Source: Promethearchaeota archaeon (lineage in GTDB: Archaea > Asgardarchaeota > Lokiarchaeia > Sigyniarchaeales > SOKP01). Taken from it: a stretch of DNA of 26,919 nt. The stretch is from assembly GCA_048939015.1 (NCBI GenBank), contig JBHLPW010000011.1, forward strand, positions 1-26,919. The letters run 5' to 3'. Shown piece by piece: positions 9,994 through 19,220 of the stretch. The position numbers were made by a program, and so were the translations under genes. Position 1 is the first letter of the stretch; each line of letters starts with the position of its first letter. The notes below the pieces were generated by a model. It made no database searches. It was not told the origin of the DNA and saw only the letters and a list, made by a program, of their open reading frames with translations.

Positions 9994-10977
9994 TTAGTTG
10001 ATATATCTCTCTTTTTTCATCCTTTTTAAAACAGTCTTTTTAGTTTCAAAACCAGAAGGTCCTTTTCTCTCAACTAAAAAAGATGCTGCAGCAGATGCTA
10101 AATATGCAGCCTTTTCAACTGATTTCCATGATTTGTCAGAATGAAAGAATTCATATAGAAATATAGAAAGATATACATCTCCTGCTCCTGTTTCATCAAC
10201 AACTTTTCGAGGTTTAAACGCTGGAATTTTCAGGATTTTTTCTCCTTTTTTTATTAGCATTGAACCCTTTTCACCTAACGTCATAATATAAATTCCATAA
10301 TTTTGATATTGAATACAATGATTCATAACCTCATTAAAATCATCCCATTCTCCAGCAATTAATTTCATTTCTTCCTCTGATCCTTTCAAAATCAATCTAT
10401 CTCCAATTAGATCTATAATTTTTATTAAATTAGCAATGATTTCATCATCATGAACATATCTAACTTTACCATTTTCATCAATTTTTCTGATAAAACCTTG
10501 TAAATCTATGCCAATATAAGTATCAGGAAAATTTTTTAAAACTTGTGATACATACTCATATGAAATTTCATTACAGAGTGGTACAAGCACAAATATATCT
10601 GGAGGATTATCAATAAATTGTGAAGGTATATCTTTAAAACTAAGATTTGGACTTCTTGATTTGAGAGTTAGAGTTCTTGCATGATCAAAATAATCTAAAA
10701 TAAAATTTGTATTCTTTACTTGGGAATACCTAATTCCACTTAAATTAATATTTTTTACCCTAATTTTATTTAATAAAGAGTCATCAAAATTTATTTTTCC
10801 AATATGAGAAACAACGCTTATTTCAGCATCTTTAGTATATTTCCTTAAAGCTAAGGAGCAGAATGACACACTTCCACCTAAACTAGGTTTATTTATTCGC
10901 TTAAAACGAATAATATGATCAATGGCAAAGTGACCAGCAAATATAATGGAAGTATGATTACTTTTTTGGGTATTCAT
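9994..10977 (-). CDS. PfkB/ribokinase-family carbohydrate kinase
   Basis: N-terminal GHFAID...LGGS, MTLGEKGS and the signature VVDETGAGDVY. Confidence 0.9.
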   Translation of the reverse strand: MNTQKSNHTSIIFAGHFAIDHIIRFKRINKPSLGGSVSFCSLALRKYTKDAEISVVSHIGKINFDDSLLNKIRVKNINLSGIRYSQVKNTNFILDYFDHARTLTLKSRSPNLSFKDIPSQFIDNPPDIFVLVPLCNEISYEYVSQVLKNFPDTYIGIDLQGFIRKIDENGKVRYVHDDEIIANLIKIIDLIGDRLILKGSEEEMKLIAGEWDDFNEVMNHCIQYQNYGIYIMTLGEKGSMLIKKGEKILKIPAFKPRKVVDETGAGDVYLSIFLYEFFHSDKSWKSVEKAAYLASAAASFLVERKGPSGFETKKTVLKRMKKERYIN

Positions 10978-12093
10978 TTAAGATGATTTTAGTGATTCAA
11001 TAATTTTATTTTTTTCGTCTATTGTAATTTTTAACTTATTGATTTTATTTTGCAAATCTTCTACCAAGTCTGACATAGGACCTGTATGAACTAAGGGTTG
11101 AGGTTGCTCTTGTGTTCTTAATTCTAAAATCAAACTTTCTTTTTCATTTAATTGGTTCTGTAATTTCGAAATTGTATTTTCAAGTTCATCAATTTGTGGA
11201 GTGAGTGTGGTTTCCTGTGTTTTCTTTTGTAAAGAATTTTGCACTTTGGATAGTTCATCTTTCAGAGCCTCATTTTCTTTCTTCAATTCTTTTAACTCAT
11301 TTGGTTCAAGCTTGATTCCACCGCTTTCTATTGCAGATTCTAGTTCAGACTTTTCTTTATTTAATGTATCTACAATTTTTTTGTATCTATTTAGATCCGA
11401 CTGAAGATCTTGACATAAAATTTCAAGCGTGTGAGCTGAAGGTTGGGTTGGTTGCGGCTTAATTACTGATGGTTTAGGTGTTTCCACAGGAACAACATAA
11501 TCTATTGGTAATTTCTTCATTTTTGCTATTAATTCTTCATTTAAAGCTTGATTTTCTTCAGTTAAATCAACAATTTTCTTTTCTAAATCCTCAGTTTGGG
11601 ACTTTTTCTTTGATAACTCAGATTTTAAATCATCAATTAAAGCACTAGTAGCATCAGTAGGAGCATTACTCATTGATTCAAGCGATCTTGAAGCTACTTC
11701 TAGTTTTGTTTTTAAATCAACTATTACATGGTTTCTTGCTTGTAATTCCACTTCCTTTTCTGTTAAATCTTTTTCTAAACTTATTACTTTATTATTCAAT
11801 GCAATATTTTCTTGTTGAATATTACTCACATTAGTTCCACCTGTAGATCCTGCTTGCTGTAATTGCGTTTTTAATCTCTCGTTTTCATCAATTGTGCTCT
11901 TGATGATTTCTTCTGTCCTAGTTATCAATTCTATATTTTCTTTTATTTTATTTCTCAAACGTTCATTTTCTTCTTCCATTTCTTTCATTTTATCTAAAGT
12001 TTCTCCGATAGCACTAGGTTTTTTGATTTCTGTTTCCATCTTTTTTCTCCATAGGCTTATGAAATCCTCAACTTTTTCATTATCTTCTGGCAT
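10978..12093 (-). CDS. Hypothetical segmented coiled-coil protein
   Basis: Heptad-rich E/K/L/N sequence interrupted by Gly- or Pro-rich linkers. Abuts the PfkB gene. Confidence 0.8.
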   Translation of the reverse strand: MPEDNEKVEDFISLWRKKMETEIKKPSAIGETLDKMKEMEEENERLRNKIKENIELITRTEEIIKSTIDENERLKTQLQQAGSTGGTNVSNIQQENIALNNKVISLEKDLTEKEVELQARNHVIVDLKTKLEVASRSLESMSNAPTDATSALIDDLKSELSKKKSQTEDLEKKIVDLTEENQALNEELIAKMKKLPIDYVVPVETPKPSVIKPQPTQPSAHTLEILCQDLQSDLNRYKKIVDTLNKEKSELESAIESGGIKLEPNELKELKKENEALKDELSKVQNSLQKKTQETTLTPQIDELENTISKLQNQLNEKESLILELRTQEQPQPLVHTGPMSDLVEDLQNKINKLKITIDEKNKIIESLKSS

Positions 12094-12330
12094 TTCACTT
12101 CAAGACATTTAATTTTCTTAAATTATTATAAAACTTCTTTCTATCTTAATTATTTTATGCTTTTCTCTTTTATAATTTTTGGAGCTTCTTTAACTTTTAT
12201 TTTTATCTCTAAAATATTTTATTTTAAGTAAATAATTATTTGTAAGAACTCCTGTTAAATTTGATTATTAAATGATTGGAGAGAGTTTTATCCTTAGGAA
12301 TTTATATGTAAAATAAAATATATGTTGATT

Positions 12331-13221
12331 CTACGAAGGTTTAGACAAGATACCTGAAAAATATCCCACACAATAACCACCAATACTTCCAGTTCTTTCA
12401 GAGCTAGTATAATATTTCAATAATTCACCTTTAGTTGCATTAAGATTCTTACTAATTAACATCAGTGTAGTAATTGTTTGTGGGCCACATACCGTAGTTT
12501 TTAAAGCCGCTTGAAGAGTTTTTTCTGGATTTAAATTTTTAAATTCTTTAATTACAGCTAAATCATATTCTTTAAATTTTTGCAATTGATTCGAATCATT
12601 TACTTGTTTATGTGACATATCTGAGGATGCTACAATAACGACATCTTTATTAATCGAATTTATCGCACCGGTTATATCATTTGCAATTTCATTCATTGTT
12701 TTAAAATCTCTAATTCCTGCTATTTTGATAGTTACGATTTTCACTTCTCTTTCGAGAGAACAGTATTTTATAAATGGTAATTGAATTTCTATATTATGTT
12801 CTTGTTCAGAAAATCCTGTAAATAAAGAATTGTCTTCTTTAATTATTTTACTTCTATCTAAAATTTTATTTGATAACTCCTCATCTATCTTCAAATTTCC
12901 TAGTGGGGTTTCCCATTCCCCTTTTGCCATCAATCCAATTTTGCCATGTCCCATGTGATCAGTACCTAAAACTATAATGGAATCGGGGATTTTTTCTTTA
13001 AATAAGTTTAGATAAGTAAAAGCGGCGCAGGGTCCCGAATAATCCATTCCAGCATGGGGAGAAACTCCCCCAATAATAGTTCTTTTTTCTTTATTCAATG
13101 ACATTGGTTCCTCATTCGGTCCAAATTGAGTATCGGAAAAATAATCACTCATTGCTTCAAGTAAACCTTTTTTTGATCCTGGATACCAAGAACCAGCATG
13201 GGTTGCTCTTCTAATTACCAT
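12331..13221 (-). CDS. MEMO1 family protein (AmmeMemoRadiSam system protein B)
   Basis: Motifs RRATHAGSWYP, SPHAGMDYSG, GTDH, WETPLG, EHNIEIQLPF, ASSDMSH, TVCG and YYTS...VGY. Confidence 0.92.
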   Translation of the reverse strand: MVIRRATHAGSWYPGSKKGLLEAMSDYFSDTQFGPNEEPMSLNKEKRTIIGGVSPHAGMDYSGPCAAFTYLNLFKEKIPDSIIVLGTDHMGHGKIGLMAKGEWETPLGNLKIDEELSNKILDRSKIIKEDNSLFTGFSEQEHNIEIQLPFIKYCSLEREVKIVTIKIAGIRDFKTMNEIANDITGAINSINKDVVIVASSDMSHKQVNDSNQLQKFKEYDLAVIKEFKNLNPEKTLQAALKTTVCGPQTITTLMLISKNLNATKGELLKYYTSSERTGSIGGYCVGYFSGILSKPS

Positions 13222-13340
13222 GTTCTCATCACCAATGATTAATATTTCTACATTAAATTTATTATTTTTGGAGTTTAAATAATTTCATTTACTTAGAGCA
13301 AAATTGAAAGAATTATTATATTATTTTTAATATCTCTTTA

Positions 13341-13937
13341 TTGATGAATCAACTAAACGATGAACAAGTCACTCTAAATAAAATTGAGGTACCAGACAAA
13401 ATTCCGGCAAAGTTCGTCAATTCGCGGGTAATTGTCTTCAATCCTTTATATGCTTCATATTTATATGTAAAGAAAGGATTTTTTGGTTCCCCGGTAGGAA
13501 TAAATAAACCGAGATTAGAATACTTTGCTAAACCTAGTGAATTATCATTGATAGAAGCTTATTATTTATTGGAAAAGGATGAAATTACTATATTTGATCA
13601 AAAAGAGAATAAATTTTTAGATCCGAAGGAATTTTATGATATTGCAACAAGGATTCATCATAAGTTTGAAGAAAAATACATAATTTACAAAGATTTAAGG
13701 GAGAGAGGTTATATTCCTAGACCTGGATTAAAGTTTGGAGCGGATTTTGTTGTATATAAGAAGGGTCCTGGACTTGAGCATTCTCTTTTTATGGTACATG
13801 TCCTACCACATGATTCTGAAATTACTGCTATCGATATGGTAAGAGCTGGACGTCTAGCGACTTCTGTTAGAAAAAAATTTGTAATAGCGAATCCACTTAC
13901 ACGCAGCTACTACTTTTTTGAGTGGTTTAAACCTTAG
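13341..13937 (+). CDS. endA: tRNA-intron endonuclease, catalytic subunit
   Basis: LSLIEAYYL, YKDLRERGY, GLKFGADFVVY (Tyr), GPGLEHS (His) and RLATSVRKK (Lys) give the catalytic triad. Confidence 0.95.
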   Translation: MMNQLNDEQVTLNKIEVPDKIPAKFVNSRVIVFNPLYASYLYVKKGFFGSPVGINKPRLEYFAKPSELSLIEAYYLLEKDEITIFDQKENKFLDPKEFYDIATRIHHKFEEKYIIYKDLRERGYIPRPGLKFGADFVVYKKGPGLEHSLFMVHVLPHDSEITAIDMVRAGRLATSVRKKFVIANPLTRSYYFFEWFKP

Positions 13938-13964
13938 TTTTTAAATGAATTATGTTTTGATAAA

Positions 13965-15788
13965 TTAAATAGATTTTACTCTCATTATCTGGATAAGATT
14001 ATTTTTTATCTCTTCAAGTTGTTGGAACTCATCATTTGGTACCATTTGATGGATACGCAAAATAGAGGATGTAAGGTCTGGATCGAATATTTCATCAAAT
14101 AATTTTCCTTTATTTATCAAACTTTTACCTTCTCTGTATAAAATAAGGATGATTTTGATTAATCCTAATAATTTTGTCATACTAGTATGATTATCAATTT
14201 GATCATATGCATTTTGAATTAAAAATCCATTTTTTATCATTTTTGCTATAAAGAGTGTTAATTTTTGGTCTTCAAGTAAATTCTTATCTCCAGCTAACTG
14301 AATCACATGCTCTAAGTCTTTTTCTTGCGATAGGATTTCATTAACTAGTTTTCTACATTCTAACCATTCAATATCTATCTCAGGCCATTCAATATCTCTA
14401 TTGTACCACCATTCTGCTATAAATTGTGGATAATTTGAATATGAATTTTGCCAATTAATAGCAGGATACTGCTTTAAATATGCTAATTTTGAATCTAATG
14501 CCCAAAAAGTTTGGACTAGCCGTTTGGTTGTTGATGTAACAGGTTCACTAAAATCCCCTGCAGGGGGAGAAATTGTACCTATAATGGTTAATGAGCCAAA
14601 TTTCTCATTTCCTTTTTGGTCATTCCCTAAAGTTTTAATATAACCGGCCCTTTCATAAAAACTTGACAATTTGGATGGTAGGTAGGCAGGATAACCTTCT
14701 TCTGCAGGCATTTCTTCTAATAATCCTGAAATTTCTCGCAAAGATTCAGCCCATCTTGATATACTATCAGCAAGAACAACGACATCATATCCCATATCTC
14801 TATAATATTCGGCAATTGTTACACCAGAAAATAAGCTAGCTTCCCGGGCAGAAACTGGCATATTAGAAGTATTAGCTATAAGTATAATTCTGTCTGATAA
14901 AGTTCTTCCATTTTTAGGATCTATAATATCAGAAAATTCCTTCATAATATTAGCAATTTCGTTTCCTGGTTCGCCACATCCAATATATACAATCAAATCT
15001 GCATTACACCATTTAGCTAACATTTGTTGGATGACAGTTTTTCCTGTTCCAAAACCACCAGGAATAGCTGTTGTTCCTCCTTTTGCGATTGGAAATAATA
15101 AATCAATAGTGCGTATTCCGGTAATTAATGGTTCAATGGGATTAAATTTCTTATCATATGGACGTCTTTTTGTAATCGGCCATTTTTGTAACATTGCAAA
15201 GGATTTTTCTTCATCGTTTACTTTTATTCTAAATATCTCATCAATAATTGTATAATTACCCTCATTTGCAATAAAGGAAAGGATTCCAGAAGTATAGGGG
15301 GGAACCATAATTCTATGTTCTAAATATGAAGTCTCTTGCACAACTCCAATTATATCTCCTATCTCAACTTTATCATTAAGTTTTCTTAATGGTATAAAAT
15401 GCCATTTTTTAGTTCTTGAGATAGAAGGATATTGTATACCTCTTTCTAACCTTCCGGAAAGAATATCTTCAAAAAGTCTTCCTAATGGTCTCTGTAATCC
15501 ATCGAATACATTTGAAAGAAGACCAGGAGCTAATTCCATTGAAAGTGGCTCATTTAAACTAATTACATTATCATATAGCTTCACGTTTGTAGTGTCTTCA
15601 AAACATTGAACAGTAACATGGTCTGAATAAATTTGGATTACTTCACCCAAAATATTATATTTGATAATCTTAATTAAATCATGAAGACGAGTTTGATTTT
15701 CAAGCCCCTTAACTTTAATCAATGATCCTATAATTGCTGAGATATATGCACGATTGGTTTTATTTTTTGAATCAGTTTGATTGAACAT
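13965..15788 (-). CDS. atpA: A/V-type ATPase subunit A, second paralog with altered catalytic motif (GEPGNE)
   Basis: Full-length A subunit with Walker A GGFGTGKT, NTSNMPVSAREAS, EEMPAEEGYPAYL and SPPAGDFSEPV. The GER motif reads GGC GAA CCA (Pro codon at 14967-14969). Confidence 0.93.
   Translation of the reverse strand: MFNQTDSKNKTNRAYISAIIGSLIKVKGLENQTRLHDLIKIIKYNILGEVIQIYSDHVTVQCFEDTTNVKLYDNVISLNEPLSMELAPGLLSNVFDGLQRPLGRLFEDILSGRLERGIQYPSISRTKKWHFIPLRKLNDKVEIGDIIGVVQETSYLEHRIMVPPYTSGILSFIANEGNYTIIDEIFRIKVNDEEKSFAMLQKWPITKRRPYDKKFNPIEPLITGIRTIDLLFPIAKGGTTAIPGGFGTGKTVIQQMLAKWCNADLIVYIGCGEPGNEIANIMKEFSDIIDPKNGRTLSDRIILIANTSNMPVSAREASLFSGVTIAEYYRDMGYDVVVLADSISRWAESLREISGLLEEMPAEEGYPAYLPSKLSSFYERAGYIKTLGNDQKGNEKFGSLTIIGTISPPAGDFSEPVTSTTKRLVQTFWALDSKLAYLKQYPAINWQNSYSNYPQFIAEWWYNRDIEWPEIDIEWLECRKLVNEILSQEKDLEHVIQLAGDKNLLEDQKLTLFIAKMIKNGFLIQNAYDQIDNHTSMTKLLGLIKIILILYREGKSLINKGKLFDEIFDPDLTSSILRIHQMVPNDEFQQLEEIKNNLIQIMRVKSI
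14652..14726. repeat. 75-bp near-identical repeat shared between the two atpA copies (other copy at 21320-21394)
   Basis: Direct comparison gives 73/75 identical nt. Confidence 0.85.
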
Positions 15789-15812
15789 TTAACATCCCAT
15801 ATTACAATCAAA

Positions 15813-16232
15813 TTAAGTTATTTGTTTGTTACAAAATGGACATTTTTTCACGAAACTTGGTAAAATATTTCCACAGCCTTGACACTTTTTAATTAAAGGT
15901 TTATGAACCCCCGAGTCAAGACTTATACGTCCAGGTATTCTTGGTTGAGGTATTTTCTCTTGAACTACTCTAGTTTGTTTTCTACTTGAAGATGTTCGTT
16001 TTCTATTTGGAAACATTTCAGAATATAACGATCTTTTACTTCGCTTAAAGAATAGACCAAGTCCAACTAAAAATAAGAAGGATATTAAAGAAATTATGAT
16101 AATAGGGTTAAAATTTAAATCAATTAAATAAAATAATAGGAATAAGAGAATTAAGGAGTATATAACTAAACCAGCAATTGCCTTTTTATTTATTCTAAAT
16201 TTATATTTCTTTTCGATATTTTCAGTTGCCAT
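15813..16232 (-). CDS. Small membrane protein with 2 TM helices and a C-terminal zinc ribbon
   Basis: Two hydrophobic helices, a basic linker and KCQGCG-x7-KCPFC. Lies between atpI and the second atpA with 24-38 nt gaps. Confidence 0.8.
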   Translation of the reverse strand: MATENIEKKYKFRINKKAIAGLVIYSLILLFLLFYLIDLNFNPIIIISLISFLFLVGLGLFFKRSKRSLYSEMFPNRKRTSSSRKQTRVVQEKIPQPRIPGRISLDSGVHKPLIKKCQGCGNILPSFVKKCPFCNKQIT

Positions 16233-16270
16233 TGATTATTAGCTTACATTCTAGATAGTTGGTTTATAAT

Positions 16271-18559
16271 TTATTTATATTTTTTAGAGATATAATTAAT
16301 TGCTTTTTCAATTTCCTCTCTAATAGATTCTGTTTCTATTTCTTTTTCAATTTCCTCAGAAATAATATCTTTTTCAGTTATTGACTTAAAGTTGATGATT
16401 GAAAAATTACTATCTAAATGGAAAGGAATATATCCCACTCCTGAACCTTGGAAAAATTTAAAAAAGAATTCATAAAAATGCAATCTGAGGGTATTTAGAA
16501 AAACTAATAATCCTTCTAATAAAATAACAATGAGATTTCCGAAGATTAAACCAATTAAATTCACTATTTCTACAACAATGCCTTCTCCTTGAATTAAATT
16601 AACCAAAACATTTATCGCATACAATAAAGCAATATGGGCTAAAGCTAACGCTAATAATCTAAGATAAGAAGCAACATTACTCATAACAGATAATACAGTG
16701 TCAAATGTTTCAAGAGAACCCTCACCTATTAATGAAGTATAAGATTCCTTTTTTAGATATGAAACTCCAAATAATTTTCCAAAAGGCTTCAAAATTAATA
16801 GTAATAAACCAGGTATTATCACTAATAAAATAGGATATGGATATGCTAACCAACTATAAATATCAAATCCATATACGAAAATTAAGATCGTTCCTCCTGT
16901 TAATAGAAAAATTTTCATTAAAGAATCAGTTAGTGCTAAATACTTTCTATATTGTTTCCAATAATTCAAAAATTGGATAATCCAACCTAAATTAATGTGG
17001 AAAACACCTATAATTATTGCAAAATAAAGCACAGACATTATGTTACCTAATGGATTGTAAAGGGTTAAATTTAAAAAAGGAATTGTTATAGGTTCTAAAT
17101 GCCATAAAACATTTCCAAAAATTTCAATTTCGTGGAGTCCAAAAAACTCCCCATATAAAAAACCAACGAAAAATGAAGCCCATCCACAGAAAAAGATAAT
17201 CCAAGAGAAATTAACAATATCACCTCCTCGTTTTCTATAGACTAAAGCTCCAATTAAGCCTGAAATAATAAGAACTAAACCATGACCGATATCTCCAAAC
17301 ATTAAGCCAAATAATATTGGAAAGGTGATTGCAATAATTGGTGTAGGATCAATTTCTGAATACGTTGGTGTACCATACATTCTTGTAAGTGTTTCGAAAG
17401 GTTTAACTAAAAAGAAATTCTTCATAATTGTTGGAGTTATTTCTCGTAAGTCTGATTTGTCTTCATCCTCTTCCAATGTATCTATTATAGGTTCTTCATC
17501 AGATTTTATTTTTTTAGCCGATTTTTTCTTTTTTATTTTTTCTAAACCATAATTTTCTTTTGTAACACTTTTTTTTGAGATTAAAATTGATTCAATTGTA
17601 ATATTATCCTTAAATTTATTAAATAAATTATTTTGAACATTTTTTAATTTAGAAGCAGGTACGAAAAATTTTAAAATTAAGCGATTACTTGGCATTCTTT
17701 CAAACTGTCTATTTGCCCAATTATATTCTTCAACATTTTGAACGATTTCATTGATTCCAGCGAACATTAGTAAGTTATCTTTACTAATTCGATTAAGTTC
17801 TTTATAATATCTTAAAAGCAAACTTTCAATAAAATTAATCTCTTTATCAATTCTTTTATGGTGTATTCCCGATTCTGTAAAATATTTTTTTACGATTGGA
17901 ACTTCTTCAGAATGAATAAGGCGAATTCTTCCATTAAACTCAATTTCTTTATCTCTTGGATAAATTATATAGAATCCAATTCTATCTTTAGAGACTTCAA
18001 AAGTTTGATAAAAGTTTGGAAAAACACTAAAATCGAAGAGGTTATTAAGGTTATTGAGATTTTTAGAAAATGTAGTAAATATTCTAAATTTAAATTGATT
18101 TATATCAACAAGTGAATCTGTTTTCATATTCAGCTTCTCTAAACTCTTATAGCAAACCTTTAACATATTCAAATTCTCTAATTCAATAGTTCCTTTAGCA
18201 ACAAAACTTTGCAATTCATTTACTCGATTACTATAAAAATTTACTTCTTCAAAAAGGTGGTTAATTAACTCTGGTAAATCATTTGCAGTAAATTCTATTC
18301 TTTTGATTTTATCACTTTTTAATTCTGAAAGAATAGACTCAGTAACATTAAGCTTTTTTAATAAATTATTTAAATTCTTTCTCAAATCTTTAATTCTATC
18401 AGCAATTGGTTCTTGATCTTCTGAATCTTCTTTAATTTTACTTTTCTCTCTCGGTTTTATATGAACTAAGGCTAAGTTAGATAATTCAATTAGAAATTGA
18501 TCTCTAAAAATGGGATTTATTTCGGTTTTCATCAAATAAAAGTTGTCTTTATTCGCCAT
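16271..18559 (-). CDS. atpI: A/V-type ATPase subunit I (a)
   Basis: Motifs PFETLTRMYGTPTYSEIDPT, FGLMFGDIGHG, the essential Arg in SNVASYLRLLALALAH, and LEGL...LRLHFYEFFFKFFQG. ATG at 18559 (MANKD) preferred over the TTG at 18592. Confidence 0.95.
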   Translation of the reverse strand: MANKDNFYLMKTEINPIFRDQFLIELSNLALVHIKPREKSKIKEDSEDQEPIADRIKDLRKNLNNLLKKLNVTESILSELKSDKIKRIEFTANDLPELINHLFEEVNFYSNRVNELQSFVAKGTIELENLNMLKVCYKSLEKLNMKTDSLVDINQFKFRIFTTFSKNLNNLNNLFDFSVFPNFYQTFEVSKDRIGFYIIYPRDKEIEFNGRIRLIHSEEVPIVKKYFTESGIHHKRIDKEINFIESLLLRYYKELNRISKDNLLMFAGINEIVQNVEEYNWANRQFERMPSNRLILKFFVPASKLKNVQNNLFNKFKDNITIESILISKKSVTKENYGLEKIKKKKSAKKIKSDEEPIIDTLEEDEDKSDLREITPTIMKNFFLVKPFETLTRMYGTPTYSEIDPTPIIAITFPILFGLMFGDIGHGLVLIISGLIGALVYRKRGGDIVNFSWIIFFCGWASFFVGFLYGEFFGLHEIEIFGNVLWHLEPITIPFLNLTLYNPLGNIMSVLYFAIIIGVFHINLGWIIQFLNYWKQYRKYLALTDSLMKIFLLTGGTILIFVYGFDIYSWLAYPYPILLVIIPGLLLLILKPFGKLFGVSYLKKESYTSLIGEGSLETFDTVLSVMSNVASYLRLLALALAHIALLYAINVLVNLIQGEGIVVEIVNLIGLIFGNLIVILLEGLLVFLNTLRLHFYEFFFKFFQGSGVGYIPFHLDSNFSIINFKSITEKDIISEEIEKEIETESIREEIEKAINYISKKYK

Positions 18560-18581
18560 AATTGTCACTTTCAATTTTTTT

Positions 18582-19217
18582 TTATTTTTCAATAATTAGA
18601 TCTTTAGTTTTTTTTAACCTAATATAATTTTCTCTGTCAATTTCCTCTAATATATCTTTTATTAGTTTAATGTTAGATTTCAATTGAGGAATTATGATAT
18701 TTTTTAAACCATTTATCCTACGATTGATTTTCTTAAAGTTTATTGCTTGTTTTAAAAGCAAATCTTCGATTTCAGAAAATTCAATCATGTGATTAAAAAA
18801 TGATTTCAAAGATTGAATTAAATCATCTAAATAATGACTTGTATTGTCAAATGTATAAGCAGGTAATTTTTCTTCTTGAATTAGTTCATAAGAAATTTGT
18901 GGATTTGTAATTCCTACTACTTTTTTGTAAAAAATTTCTATTTTAGGTTTGTATTGAATTCTACTTAAACTACTTATTAAGAACAATTCATTTTTTCCCA
19001 TCTCTTCATAAGTAAGATTTAATAATTTCATTGATTCTTTAAAAAAAGTGAGAAATTCGTTTCTATATTTAATATAATCTTTCCACATACTACGAAGTAA
19101 AATAATTAATTGTTCTCTTCTTAATTCCAAAAAATTCGCTCCTTTTTGAGCAAAATTTAATCTTTTACGCAAGTTTATTAAGTTCGTTTTACTTGGCTTT
19201 ATCTCTCTAAAACTTAT
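18582..19217 (-). CDS. atpD: A/V-type ATPase subunit D; probable ATA start at 19217, giving 211 aa
   Basis: RLNFAQKGANFLELRREQL and KKINRRINGLKNIIIPQL...LEEIDRENYIRLK. The conserved IKPSKTNL (P-T/S-x-x-x-L) lies upstream of the annotated TTG. Confidence 0.93.
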   Translation of the reverse strand: MSFREIKPSKTNLINLRKRLNFAQKGANFLELRREQLIILLRSMWKDYIKYRNEFLTFFKESMKLLNLTYEEMGKNELFLISSLSRIQYKPKIEIFYKKVVGITNPQISYELIQEEKLPAYTFDNTSHYLDDLIQSLKSFFNHMIEFSEIEDLLLKQAINFKKINRRINGLKNIIIPQLKSNIKLIKDILEEIDRENYIRLKKTKDLIIEK

Positions 19218-19220
19218 TCT

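Noticed and set aside
13965-15788. Second atpA as a pseudogene or assembly duplicate
   Set aside because: The 607-codon frame is intact, divergence from copy 1 is substantial along the whole length, and most motifs are preserved.
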